DNA of 64,000 nt from Chiloscyllium plagiosum (lineage: Eukaryota). The notes below the pieces were generated by a model. The model was given only the letters and a program-made list of their open reading frames with translations. It ran no database searches and was not told the DNA's origin. Where the stretch lies: assembly GCF_004010195.1 (NCBI RefSeq), contig NC_057711.1:145353369-145417368 (forward strand). The letters run 5' to 3'. Positions 12,901 through 27,900 of this stretch are shown here, piece after piece. The first letter of the stretch is position 1, and every line of letters starts with the position of its first letter. The position numbers and the translations under genes are program-made.

Positions 12901-15900
12901 AAATCATTCTATCTGCACAATTGCTAATGGAGGCTGTTCAGAAAGGGATACATGTATCCAACACACTAATGGAGTTTACTGCTTTTGTCCAGGTAGTGAG
13001 GATTGTTCTCCGGGTAACTTATTTACATCTTGCTTTATCAAGTTGACCATTTACAAGCATTGTCCTTTTACAGTCTCAGGGTGGCATGGCTATACATATG
13101 CTTGTTTCCATGTTGCACTTCAGACATTAGGCATAAAAATAGTGGAGAAACTCTGGTAGAATCTGCACAGAACTTTGCTATCAAGAAGTAAAAACACCTC
13201 TCTCTCCTTTTGTGAACCACAAGTTAGACTTGTTCACTTCTCCAGAATTTTAGTTTTTGATGTTATAGCATCAGTACTGGTTTCTTGTGAAAATTGTCCA
13301 CAAAATATATGGTGACAACCAAAAGGTAATGATTTAACCTCTGTGCCAGGGTGCAGGCATAATACCATTTAAATGCTGATAATGGGTTATTTTACATCAA
13401 CTTGAACAGATATATTGGACTTCAGTTTAACCGTTCTGAAACAGAACCCCTCAGTGCAGTGCTTCCTCAGTACTGTACTGGCAGCTGTCAGTGCCGAAGC
13501 CCAAGGTGGGACTTGGTGGTCTCAGCTAACCACTTGCTAATTTGACTCCAAATGAAACACTTAACTCTGTGGGCCTGTATGTTGGACATCAAATTTTGTA
13601 GGGGAATTCTCTGCCAAATTGAACACTGACTTGGAAATCATGGTTATCAGGCACAAATTTACCAGCATTCCAATTAATGGTATTGACAGACAGCAGGGGG
13701 TGGACAAACTTTGCTATACCAGGACTTTCAGGCACATGGATGGGTCAGACCAGAGTTAAGATCATAGGATGGGCTTTCAACACTACCTTTCTTTGGTTCC
13801 TGTGGAAGCTCCATGAGCTAGGAGCATCATGTGCATAATGCTTAACAAACTCCTGTGTTCTTAATACATAGTACTAGGACAAGCAAATTAGGTCCATGCA
13901 GTGACTCAATGATTAGTACTCTGCCTTGCAGCACCAGGAACCTGGGTTCCATTCCACCCTAAAGCAATTGTTTGTGTGGAGTTTGTCTTTGGGTTTCTTC
14001 CCACAATCTAAAGATGTACACTGGTTGGCCATGCTAAATGTAGGGTATCAGGTGGGTCTAGGTGGTTCCAACCTGGAGGGTTGGTGTAAACTGGCCTCCT
14101 CCACTCTATATAGGATTCAATGATTCTAGTATTATTTTTCTACAGAGAAGCATTCTGACCAATGCATCAGTCAGAACATTATGGAGTTTGTTCATTGAAC
14201 TATTACGTTGAGGTTGCATTGAATGCTACTGGTAATTTTACATCAGCCTTGCATGTAATCCAAGCAATTTGAATTACTGAATCCTCACTTTGTTTTTCTG
14301 GCTATCCTATTTTAAATTAGCCAACTCTTATTCCTTCTCACAAACATTTTTCTGAAAAAGCAAGGTCCCAATTAGATTAACCTAGTGAGCAGTCGGATCA
14401 CTTTTAGTTTTAATCACTGCATTCTACACAGTCTATTATTGTACCAGAGCTGAACCTGTCTTACTAGACTAACAATCCTCTATATTGACCAGGTAGATGC
14501 AGAGCCTAGAATGGAGTTGATCTAACTGGAGACTAATTTATTCACTGAATTGTTTAACTAGCAACTGTGGCTGGAGCGAACATGATCCGATTTGAATGAC
14601 TACTTCAATCTGCAGCTGTTAGAACCAATTATGAATGCTCCAAGATTGAATTTCTAAAACCAAAGTAAACCTAGGTGACCATCCATACAAAGAATAAGTC
14701 CCAACTGCTACCTCTTTGGTTTGACAAATATCTAATTTTAATCAATGGTAAAATAGGGCCTCAGTACCCTATTTGACTTGAGGTTGAGACTTGCATGGTC
14801 AAGTTAAAGGACCTCATGGTGATGAATGGAAATCTTAGACACCACCCCAGTGCTTTGCTACTTGGCCAATCTGATTATCAATTAAGATTTTAGACTTTGG
14901 GAAGCTAACTCGAAGCACAATTGTTGCCCAGCTGGATCCAGTGCTTACTGGAGGGGAAGAAAATACAATGTGACCTCTGCTTTGTTTTCTAGATACTTGG
15001 GAAGTTCAGCAGGACTATGATACAACACTGCAGTGTGATCGCACCTTCTTTCTTTGTGATGATGGATCTGAATGTGTCAGTATGGATTACAAATGTGATG
15101 GTGACAGAGATTGTCCTGATGGGTCTGATGAGATTGGCTGTTCAGAAATGTGTGGTGATCCAGGTATCTAATCACACCACTTTTTTTCTAATCTCGATAC
15201 TTCCTGCTAATGTATAAAACAAAGCTTGTATTTGCTATCTAGTCTACTGCAACTGTACAATGCAGCCCTGTCTCTGGGGAGACCCAACTTGTATAGTGAC
15301 CTCTTTTCATACTGGTTATAAGCATGACCCTAACTGTCCATCATACCTGGTTTTATGCTTTCATCTATTTCTGTATAGGTCCAGGGTGCTGAGGGCCAAA
15401 TGCAGGCTGGAGAAACAGTACCACCTGTTTGTAATTTTTAAGCCTTCTAGACTGTAAGAAGTCAAAATCTGTCCTTAATCTAGACTATCCTTTCTCCACT
15501 ATCACCAGCGTTTTTTATTTTGTGCCTTTGTTTTCACTGGCTCCTCTTTGGTATTGTTCCCTTGTTTGTTCTGATGCTTTTGATCTCCAATCAGCCTGAT
15601 CTTTTTGGTGACTTGCCCTACTGATCCACTGTCTTCCCATGACTCTTCCATCTTTTTCAGTTCTGCATCATTTGCCCCACACTTGTGGCAAGAGAAACAG
15701 TTAACAAGACTTGCTAAGTTTTCCAGTTTCTCTTGTTCCCCCATCTTCAATGTTTGCATTTTTTTTGCATCTCTTCAATACTAATGCAGTTAGTGCAGAC
15801 AAGAGGCTGAGTTTTTGCCTCCATGTAGCAATTGGAAAAAAGTATCTAACAGAGCATAGTTAAAGCTGACAAATCCCTTCAAAATGAAGGGAGAAATAGC

Positions 15901-18900
15901 ACTCTGCTTATACTATGGTTGGTTGACTCTTAATGGGTAGATCCTGATTTGCAAGTGAAACCTTTTTAAACTGACTGGAATTCCTACTGTCTTTTTTTCC
16001 ATAGATGTTCATCTTGGTTCAGCTTCTCAACATTACAAAAGTGCAGGGATAAAACAAAGGACTCAAATCTAAGTGTTTAAATTGGCACTAAGGTTTAGAG
16101 CCTGACTGACTTGTGAATATTTAGTAATATATCTGGGCTGAATTGTTCTATTTGTGGGCTTTGCTAGCTAGATCAGCATGTATTACCCATCTTTTAGTTC
16201 TTCGAAGGTGGTGGTAAACTGCTACTTTCTAACCAGTCCACTTGGGGTAATTAAACCCTACCCTCTGCTCAGAACTGTTGAAGTTTACATTTTAACAATC
16301 TCCAAGGAATAGTGTAATATTTCAATTCCAGGTGGTGGGATCACTGCCATCTGCAACTTCCATGTTTCTTGTTGCTAACCTATGTTGTGTTAGTGGTCTT
16401 GGAATGTCTAAGGAGCCCTGGTTTTAAAAACTCTGCCGAGTAAGTGTTGCAGTGCAGATTGGGCAAAAACAATGATTGCAGATGCTGGAAACCAGATTCT
16501 GGATTAGTGGTGCTGGAAAAGCACAGCAGTTCAGGCAGCATCTGAGGAGCAGGAATTGAGCAAAGGCCATATGATGGAAATACTTAAATTGGGAATATAG
16601 TTTCCTCAATTAGAATTTGAGAACAAGATTCCTAATGGCCTTAGAAACTGGCACTTGTTCAGTCACTCGTGTATTCTGACTAGACACTGCAACACATCTG
16701 ATTAAAATTGTCAATTCCTTCAAATGAGCAAAGCAGAAAAGTTAGTCTTGCAGATCTAAAATGCAAGACTCTTCAAAGGTGAACATTACTTCAATTTACT
16801 GCTTAATATTGATTCTTAATTTGTGACAAATGTTTTGGATTATCTTCAGCCAGTGTATTAGCACATCCTTTCCTTTCAGATGCATTTCATTGTTCAGATG
16901 GGACCAGATGTATTCAGGGGGCATTGCGCTGTGATGGCATTGCTCAATGTCCAGATGGATCTGATGAAATGAGTTGCAGCCAAGAATCTGATACCTGTGG
17001 CTTCTGGTGTGATGATCACCAGAGATGTATTCCTTCAGACTGGATATGTGATGGCAGTGAAGATTGTACAGATAAAACCGATGAATTTAACTGTGGTAAG
17101 AGGTGTTAACTTCTCCCTGTATTAAACTGTTCTACCACAAGTTTCTCAAGTCTGAATCTTGTAACTTTTTTATCTTTTTAATGGAAATCTAGTTCATGAG
17201 CACTAAACTATTTCTCTATTGGATCCTATATCCAACTGTTCAACTTTTTAAAAACTGTACAGGGGGCTCAATTAAATTTTTCCTTCAATACTAAGAAGGA
17301 ATGCAAACTCTTCAAGGGGAAAATACTGTCCATATTAAAGTGAGGAATAACCTCATTTCTAATGATGCCAGAAGTGTTTTAAAAACTAAATCTTGCATTG
17401 CTCTACCACTCTTTTTAGCAAAAGTGGTGATCGCAGTCGCTGTACATTAATGTACATTAGCCACTGATGCTTAAACACCTTTTTTAGCAATGTCACTTTG
17501 TTAGGTAGTAAAGCTGGAAGCCCTTCCAACTAAGCAATTTTTAATGGTGTTGGGGAAGTAATTCCCTTCAACCAATCCACCTTGCTGGAACATCCTTTGT
17601 CTCTGCATCTGCGTTCTGAGACTGTGGGGCCAGGGTAGATATAGCTTGATGGGCTGAAGGGACTCCCCTAATATAGCATCCACTGAGGTCCATCAAACCA
17701 CCTCTCCCTCCCCTCATCCCTATACAAAGCAATTAAAATCAAAGGTTCTATTTTCAGTGTTGTGAACTTCAGGAGTTGAGCTGCATTGAGAAATTTTATC
17801 CAGATTTTCGATGTATTGCTTCCATAAACTGGCTTGGTCCAAAGTTTGAAATGCATTTTTAGTTGGCAATTGATGTAATGAAGCTTGAATGGTGTTAAGG
17901 TATTTGTCTTTTTTTTTGTTTGCACTCTAGCTTGGGACCTGTCAAATGTGGTATCCTTCTTCCTGACACCTAATTTATATAGACCCTGGCTGAAGCTGTG
18001 GTTAGTCTGTTTCCATTTGGAGACTGCTTTCTTATTCTAAGGTGGTGTGCAAACCACTTCCTAGAAAAAGGTCTGTTTCCAGTGAAGGACTTCTTTCTTC
18101 CCAAGTTAATGCTGACATTGCACTAGTAGCAATCATCAGACCAATTTTTCATTGGAAATCTAAATGGAGCTAGTCTGCCTGTCTCTCTTCATAGAACATA
18201 AACCAACAAATGTACAAGTCTGTTCAACTATATCCATGTGGTTATTAACAGTTAATGTTAGCCTAGTAGCAGATGCCACCTCCAGATTGCTAAAACCAAT
18301 CCAGCAATCAGTGCTTAACCATGTTGCCTCCTATTAGCCCACTAGCAAACGTAGTAGGCACTACTGTGGACCTTACCACTCTTGTCTGTAAAGCACTGGT
18401 GATAATGCTGCAGCAACTTTGTTTTTCCCCAATGAACTCCCAGTTTTTTAACTTGATTTTTGTGGACTGGCAAAGATTTGTTTCAATGAAAAATCTTTTG
18501 CTATAAAGTGGTTGTGGGGCATTACATCGCTTCAAGAAAAGCATCAATTAGAGTTTTGGCTCCTCATGCCCTATAGTGTGCATGCTGAATTTGCCCTCAA
18601 TCTGTTTTTAACCCAAATTAATGGAGTTCAGTGTTTTCACTTGTGTTTTAACCAGTTGAAGTGCAGGCTGCCTTTTCTATCTTGTCAGTCTAGCTTTCTC
18701 CAATGTGAGTTTATTGGCAAGTCCTGAAAGTCATCTGTCACTTGAGTGGCATGCCGAACCCACAATAGCTAGCTTGCATTAGCAAGATCTGACTAGTTAA
18801 ACACAGGCTATTTCCTGAGGGGGTTCCAACTGATTCAGTGATATTATAGAAGGGAGTTTTATTTCCTTACCTCAATTTTCTTTCCCTGATGGGATAATTA

Positions 18901-21900
18901 AGTTTGACTGTCTAGATTAATTTGGGCCTTAACAGAAATGTCTTGTCTAGATGTATGGTGGCATCCATATTGAACTTGTTAAATATTTTCAGAATAGTGG
19001 ACTTCATATCCTGTTTTGGTTATGACATGGTCTGCAAGAAAAATTCTTTTGTTGTTTTGGACAGACTGTAGCAGTGATGACTTCATCTGCAATGATGGCC
19101 AGTGTATTTCTCTAGCTTTCCGCTGTGATTCAAAATATGACTGCAAGGATCATTCGGATGAACACAACTGTCCCAGAAAGACAAAAGTTGTTTGCAAGCC
19201 TGATGAGGTGATGTGCCCTGTCAGTAAAGAGTGTATAATAAAGGAATGGTGGTGTGATGACGAAATGGACTGTGAAGATGGGATGGATGAACAGGTATAT
19301 CAGTTTGCTGTTTAAGTTCTAAATGGCTTGCATAGACTTTAGTTTGTAATCTTCAAAACTAACTTGTCCTGGCAAAAGAAGCAACTAAGAATGATGTCAA
19401 ATATATTTTAAACACAACCTTACCTTGTTTAACCAGATTGGTATTGAATGTGGGGGATCAGCTAGCTCAGCTGGTTGGATACCTAGTTAGAAATGCCCAG
19501 TGACACAACCAGTGCAGGTTCAGTTCCTATACTGGCTGATCTTGCCATGAAGGTCTGGTTGTCTTCTCTTCTCTTCTCCCCTCATGAGGTGTGGTGACAC
19601 TTACCAGTCATCCTAGCAACCTTGTGGTCCCCTCAATTACGATAACATTACCTTATGATTTGTGAATGAAGTTCAACCAAGGAACTGACTAATGGGATTG
19701 GGTCAGACTCTAAGTATTAAAGACCCTTCAGCTTATCTTTAGCATAGGTTTAGGTATTATTTAAGGTGAAGCTATATAAAGTCAACACTCTACTCCAGTG
19801 TTAATTGACTTAGCCAAAACTTTCCACTTGCTCTTGGAAAATGAGGTGGCATTAATGGTTTGAAATTGGTATCTTCCCCAGAGTAAGCAGCTAATGTGGT
19901 GTTGATTCTAGAATGAAGTGACACTCGGGATGAGAATTCATCAACTTTTGGCAAAAGATCTTTATTTCCAGGACATTAGAATTTGATCAGTATTCACAAA
20001 CTATGCTAATATAAAGTAAATGTAATCTGAAAAGTTAACCCTGAGGTAAGCATCTGGTTTGAGGAAAATTATTTGGATTTTGAATACTCCATGTATTCAA
20101 CTTTTTTACAAGCATAAAGCACAGTCGAACAATAAATCTTAGTCTTGTTGAAATTACTGCAATTGAACAAAATTCAGTATCTGATTCTCGATGCTTGACT
20201 TTGATTTTGAACATGTTTTTAAAATCAGTAACTTTTTTTGAAGCACTGCAAGGTTTCAAAAGTTAAGTGCCAGGAATATCAATGGACATGTGGTGACCAC
20301 TCCCAGTGTATTCCAGACTTTTGGTATTGTGATGGGCAGAGAGACTGTAAAGATGGCAGCGATGAGATTAAGTGTGAGTAACTCTCCAGGATCTAGTTGT
20401 CTTGATTGGTATATGGTCTGTGTATAGAAATGTCAATTTTTGACTCTCTGCTTCTGATACAGGCAAACCAAGACTCTGCATGAGCTCTGAATTCCAATGT
20501 GCTAATTCAAAGTGCATCAACATGACATTGGTCTGTAATGGGAAGGATGACTGTGCAGATGGTTCAGATGAAGGAGATGACTGTGGTGTTCAAGAATGCA
20601 AAAACTGTACACATGTATGTTATAGGACACCATATGGACCTGTAAGTATTAATCAATATCTGCAGAAGTGATCACTAGAATCATTCTGTTACATGAGGAC
20701 ATTTGCCTCATTATCTGTACCAATTTCAAAAAGAACTGCCCAGCTAGTTCCATACTCTAGCCATATCTCTCGCCCTCTAAACTCCTCACTCTTTCAAATG
20801 AGCTATTTTATGAAACCACCTAGGGAATCTGCCTCTACGCTCAGGTAGCATATTCTAACAATTGTGGAAAGCTTCTCCATTTGTGATTTTCTCTTCTAGA
20901 ACAGAAGAGAATAAGCTCAATTTCTTCTAGCGAATATCCTTCGGTGCAAAGATTTACTGGAATATCCCCCCAGGGCTTTAACATCTATCAATGTCCCCAG
21001 ATTGAATTTTAATCACACTCCAATGACTTGTGGAGATGTAACTCTTTTTTTATTTGTACTCTCTGCCTCTAGTTACACCCCAAGGCTCCTACAAGACTTC
21101 CCTGGTCACCTTCAGAATCATGTATATGCAACCCCTTCTCCTGTGCCCCCTTTTTTTTTCCCCCCCATTAAGCCAGTGTAGTCTGTTTCTTCTACCAAAA
21201 TGTATTGGCACTCTTTTTTTAGCATTTAAAATTCACTTGCCAGGAGGTGGTCCATTTTGGCCAACTTGTCTGTGTCCCTCAAGCCACTTAGCATTACCCC
21301 TCCATTCACTCCTCCTCCTCTTCTCCTAACTGAGTATCAGCAAATTTAACACCTTCTCCAAATAGTTTGTTAATCTGGAAAGCAAGGGTTGGAATAATAT
21401 AGTGCAGAACAGGCCCTTCAGCCCTCAATGGTGCACTGACCTGTGAACTATTCTCAGTTCATTCCCTTATACTATCCAATCATCCCAAATTAACTAATTC
21501 CTGGGAACACGGGCATTTCAGATTGTAGAAAGTTATCTAGTGTTTTAGTAAATGCCATTTAAGGTGACCATTATCTGATTTTTTTAAGATTTTGGGCAAA
21601 TTCAAAGATTAACTAGACATATTTTTCTCAAGGTAAAAATGTTTTATTTCTAATGCTGGTAAATAGGGTTCTGTTTAGTAGTATGTAGATAATAAAGCTT
21701 GCCTCTACCAAAGCTTCTGTTGTAAGTCAGTCTGCAATATCCTATTGAGCTTCAGACAAGCTGGCACATGATTTCCTTCTCCATTCCTTCTCTCCCCACC
21801 CCCCACACATTGCTTGTATATTTTTGAAGACTATACATCCAGTGACAAGAGCAGCAATCCTGGGTGAGTTTGACCAGACTCTAATCCTCCCAAACAGTGT

Positions 21901-24900
21901 TCAGCATGCTAAATAGCAACTTGCTTGTCCACCATGACAGCAAAACAGATTTGAGCCCTGAAGTGTTTTAGCTACGTGGCAGGTTCTACCTGCCTAATGT
22001 TAATATAGGTTCAATCATTAGCAGATTCTGATAAATCAGAAGATTAATGAACTGCAAGTCTCCCAATGGGGAAAAACTCAGGTGAAGCAGTGAAGTGCAC
22101 CTCCCTTCATTAGCCCAGCAGAAGCCACAAAATCATTGGTCACCATTTTAGCACTAATAGGCAGATTCAACTGAATTGAATTTGTCACATGTACTGAGGC
22201 ATAGAGAAAAGCTTTGTCTTATGAGCAATATAAGCAGATAACATTGCTAAATAGCATAGGTAAAAAATATGTAAACAGCAGCAAAATAGGTACAAGTGAA
22301 TGCTAAGAGTGAGTCCATCCTATGATCAAACTAATTTGCATTCCTTACCTACTGCCAAACAATGGTTTGCTGAAGAATACCTGGCACACCTCAACCAGCT
22401 GCATACAAGCAATGCACAGTACAATTCCTATCTGAATCTGGCTACTGTATAGCTAGGCAAGACGAGTGCTATCCCACTATTAATGACTTGCAGCAAGCGC
22501 AATGTAAAATTGCAGGCTTGCCAGCATGTTTACAACTCTTGGTGGTTTAAAGGTGTTTGTAATAACTTGAGGATTAACTTTGTTACAGAAATGTGGCTGT
22601 GAGACTGGGTTTAAGTTCATGACTGACTTCCACACATGTATTGATGTGGATGAGTGCAAAGAACTGCTGACCAGACCATGCAGCCAAATATGTCTGAACA
22701 TGAATGGGACCTACAGCTGCAGTTGTCACTCTGGCTTCCTGCTCCACCATGATGGATATAGTTGTAAGGTGACAGGTAGGAACAAATGCATTGATCATAT
22801 CTGACACAAACTTCTAACTACTAGGAGATGCTTGTTTTGGTTCAATGTCCCAGTATACCAGACAACTTTCTATTTGAACACCATTTTTATCATTCCCAAC
22901 TATCCAGTAACTGGGACTTCCCTGTGGATACAGCTGACCTAGTGCCCTTAATCCATTGTGATGCTGTCCACCTGCTCACTTGACACTGCTAGTCTAAGCA
23001 TGCATATGCCTTTCAGGGACAGGAGATGTGCACTGCATCACTAATCTTGATATTTCAGACACCCTGAACTCTTGAGTTATGACTTTTTTCTTGTAAACCC
23101 ACAGATGGCAATTTTAAAGACACAATCTCAAGTGTTGTGATGAGAACTCAGTTGAGTGCTTGCAAATAGGTCTGGGTTGTGGAAAATACTACTTTGGAAT
23201 GAGACTGAACTGTCATCTGGTTTAAATGTCTTGCAAACACCATAGTTAAAGCAAATGTAAAGTTGACTTGTGTTCCTTAAAATCTGAATTACTAGCTTGA
23301 CGTTTACCATTGCAACCCAGATGTTTTTAAAATGTTCTAATTCCTTGGAATTGGCGTAAAGTGTTGCATGCTCTTGCTGACCCATCTTTGTGTCCTGTCA
23401 GGTTTATATTGCTTTATGTAGAGCCAGTAAACTTGCACACTTGACAATTTACAAAAAATAGCTTCTAATTCCACTATACCTGCTAATGATTCCATTATCT
23501 AATAAGTTAATCTACTCTTGCTTGATTGGAATTAAATTTCTAAAACTGTTCTTCCTTAAACTATGACAATCTTATCTAGGTGTCATGGGATCAATATCTT
23601 GAACTGAATTTTGTTTTGGTCTAGTAATCTCTGTTTGGTACAAAGTCATCTTCCTTCATTGATCTGAAACAAATGGCTGATACCTGAGATTTTGTAGGGT
23701 TTCATGGTTTCACCACCTTCTGCCCACTGCTTTTCTCTTGTTTTTAAATATTAGGTGCTGAGCCAGTTATTCTTGTGACTATTCACCATGATATTTTGCT
23801 GTATGGATTGCACAGTGCTGAAAAAGACATTCTGCCTGAAGTTTTCAAAACTGTCATCTTTTCCCTGGACTATGACTGGAAGGAAAAAGTAATCTTCTGG
23901 GTTGATGCTTTTTCTGAAAGTATAAAGTGGATGAAGCTAGATCTTAAAGATGAAGGAACACTAATCAAAGGTCAGCTTATCAATTGAGCTCTATTTTAGT
24001 TTGCATTTAAAATCAACCTAATGTAGGTAAAGCTCTAAGTTCCAGGTTTTCAGTACTTTTTTTAGATTACTTAGTGTGGAAACAGGCCCTTCAGCCCAAC
24101 AAGTCCACACCGCCCCACCGAAGTGCAACCCACCCATACATTTACCCCTTACCTAACACTACGGGCAATTTAGCATGGCCAATTCACCTGACCTGCACAT
24201 CTTTGGATTGTGGGAGGAAACCGGAGCACCCGGAGGAAACCCACGTAGACACTGGGAGAACGTGCAAACTCCACAGTCAGTCGCCCGAGGTGGGAATTGA
24301 ACCCAGATCTCTGGCGCTGTGAGGCAGCAGTGCTAACCACTGTGCTGCCCACGGTGTTGCAAGAGTGCAAGAAATAAGGGCACTTAGTGGCAGATTGGGG
24401 ATTTGGGGTGAGGGGAAGAAACTTAGTAACAATTAAGATTGGGGGGGTTAGTAAAAGTGATTTGGGAACACGGTGTTGGTCTTTGCTTTTACACAATCTC
24501 AAATCCATCTTCAAATTTCAAATATTTATCAGCTAATTCATTCAAACAAATCATGGCTAGTTGTGCCATCCAGATTCCTCTAGGAATCAAATGTCCAAAC
24601 CTGAGTGCACTAACACTTCAATTCAATTCCTGGCTTGCTGTCTCATTAAAATCTATAAATCAGCTGTACAAATCAAAAGGTGAAATCAGTACAATGTTAC
24701 TTGTGCTCCAAACTTTGGAGCAAGCTGTCCCATTCACCTTTCCAATTTGAATCTATGCCAATGTAACTATTTCCAATTTGTGTATTTCCTGAATCTATAG
24801 AATTGCACATTGTGGAGGGGGCAGTATCCATAAACTAGAATTAAATGATTTAAAACTATCCTTTTAAAGGACTATAAATGCTGGTGAACTAGATTACATT

Positions 24901-27900
24901 AGGGGAAGAAACCTTTTGAGGTGATTTTGAGGGTGTTGGGGACAGGATGGTGGTGGGGGGAGAACCATTACTGGGCTGTGCCTTGCTAGAAGCTCCAGTT
25001 TAAGGACTTTGCAAGAGTGCAAGAAATAAGGGCACTTAGTGGCAGATTGGGGATTTGGGGGTGAGGGGAAGAAACTTAGTAACAATTAAGATTTGGGGGG
25101 GGGGTTAGTAAAAGTGATTTGGGAAAGCTGGATCAGGTAGAGGTGAAGGAATGTCATAATGACTGGGTGAATTGCAAAATCAAAGGAACCCTTAAGACCT
25201 CTTCAAATGAAGATTAGTCTAAGCATAGTTTCTCAACCAACTCACTTTAAAATCTCTCTGCAGGAATAAAATCTGATTGTGTGGCTGTTGACTGGGTAGG
25301 CAGAAACATTTATTGGACAGATGGAGTTGCTAGCCATATTCTAGCAGCCAAATTAAACATGACACTGAATGGATCCCAGGAATATACAGTTGTGGTTGAT
25401 ACAGATATTGACCAACCTCATTCTTTGGTCCTGCAGCCACTTAATGGGTAAGTCTTCAATAACAAATTTCATTTGCTTGCTACTTTAGTCTGAAAAGACC
25501 AATGATTGTAAAATATCAATTTAGTGTTAAGTGCACACTTAGCATTTCTTGATGTTAATGACACTTGACATTTTTGAAGTTAACTAATTGCACCCTGAAT
25601 CAATGGGCAGAAAAGTAGTCCTTAACCTATCGGTTACTCAAATGCCAGCAGTGTTGAAAGTCTGGAAGCTACAAATCAAAGCAAGGCTGAGCAAAACCTA
25701 AGGCATATACCATAATCAGTAATAAATTCCATGTACTATACCATTTTATAGGCTGATGTACTGGGCTGAGATTGGAGGTGAGCCCCACATTGAGAGAGCA
25801 GGAATGGATGGAACAAACCGAAGACTCCTTATCAAAAGTGGACTTGGTTGGCCAACTAGTCTGACCATTGATCCACTTGGCAGGAAACTACTCTGGGCTG
25901 ATAGTAAACTGCATTGTATTGGTGTGGCCAATTTAGATGGCTCAAATATAAAGGTAGGAGCTTTAACAAAACTATCTAGCTTAGAGCTCACTAAAACATG
26001 GTGTTCAATAACTACTCTTGTCAGATTTTTCAGCTGACCCATACTCGTAGACCATTTGCTGTAGCTTTATTTGAAGATGAAATTTTCTGGACCGATGTGG
26101 AACTGAGAACTGTTCAGAAAGTTGACCGTCTGGGAAAGAACAGAATTGTCCTCTGGAAACGCAATGTTCAACCTTATGGATTAAAGGTAGAGAAATCACT
26201 ATGGCAGAAGGGAAAATCTGAGTGGTGAAAGTGTTGAATGAAAAACAAGGAAACCTGATTTTTTACCTGCAGGTGATGCACGAAGTTCTGCAGCCACAGG
26301 TGTATAATCCTTGTGAAAAAATGGGCTGCAAGCACTTGTGTTTATTGGGCCCAGGATTGAAGGCAAGCTGTCACTGTGCACTGGGAATGTTGCTGGCAGA
26401 TGATGGGATAAGTTGCTTGAAATCTGATGATGAACTTTTCCTTCTCATTATTTCTCCCACTGTCCTCCTTCAGGTAAGAATTGAGCATCTTTTTTATGCC
26501 TACAGTTTCAAACTGTGTAGGTTATCTACAACCCCCTCCCCTCCCTGCCAAGTAAATGATACCAGGCATAGCAGCCAATTTGAATAGCAAGTTAATAACA
26601 CCACCTTTCCTGAAATGTTAGTCTGGATACCGGGGGCTGGCTTGTCTGTTCAATTTAATTGTCTGATCCATCTTGGATGACCAAATTCAAACTGACCAAT
26701 AGAAAATAAGCTTGTTCTAACTTGCTAGGCTTCAGCACGGTTACTAGGGTCACCGGAACAGAATTTGGCTTATTTATATTGGTCAGTACTTCACGAGCAG
26801 CTGTAATCCTTCATAGGATCCACTGCAGCTCATGTTTGACTTTTTTCCTTACCTGCTCAACCTGAAAAGAGCTTTGTATTGAAGGTTGTAGAAGAAAAAA
26901 TCCCAAAATGGACTGAGCAGAACAAACTTTAAAAATAGAAATCTGACCAAAGTGGCTTGGTTCTGAATTGAAAAGGCACCATTTCTATAATAACCTGATG
27001 AGCTTATGCTCAATATTGACTGACTGTTCTGATCTTTGGATGTTGCCTGACTGTGCGCATTTCTAGCACCACACTTTGATCTATAGTCCTCTTTCTCCCA
27101 GTTCCAATTTTGTAAAGGCAAAGCAACAACTGTTTTACAGAAGTAAAACCAAACTAATGGAGTTGCGTATTTCTAAAGTGAACTTATCAGAATTATACTG
27201 ACATTTGAGCTGTAGTGACCTTTATGCTGAAAATACCTCCCATTTACCTGCAAAACTTTTTCCTAAACCTGGATAGGAATCAATGACTAAGCTGTCAAAT
27301 TTCAGAGCTTTGCATTCTGACCCAACCCTACCTCTAAACTGACCATATGGTTACTGAAGAATCACTTCAACATTCTATTTCATAGTTCTCCCAATTTTGA
27401 AATCTCCAGTGCGGGAGGATGTGGAGTAAGGGTGGGTATAAATTTTCCCCAAAATATGGGGGGAATCTGTCTGGTTAAATGATCCAAATTAGAAAGCTAT
27501 ATAGTGCAAATGACTGTAGGCTACTGAACATCAGGATCAAAGGCAAAATTACTTGTAACACAGGCTTCAAACATGTTCTACAATCTTTGTCCAGTTGCAT
27601 TACACCAATACAATGTGCTCTGAAAATTTGCTCAGTTCAAAAATGAGGTAAAATGTTTTGGAGGAAAAACAGACAAATCTGACTATTTGCAAGAGGTATA
27701 TAAAGATCAGATTAAACCAACCTTTTATGTATCTGAAAGGATAAACAAAATGGCTTGGACTAGGTTTCATTTGCAGGTCAGAACTTGTTTGTTCCCTATA
27801 TACTTTTGTCTTTGGTCTTGAGCTAAACTAGTACGAAAGTACCTAGCTGGACTGACCAGTGGATGGCTACTGGCCTGACAGTGGTCAAGAATTAAAGGTT

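Noticed and set aside
24300-24349. tRNA-like sequence (also near 44750 and 60340)
   Set aside because: These are SINE heads with A/B boxes, not full cloverleaf tRNA genes.
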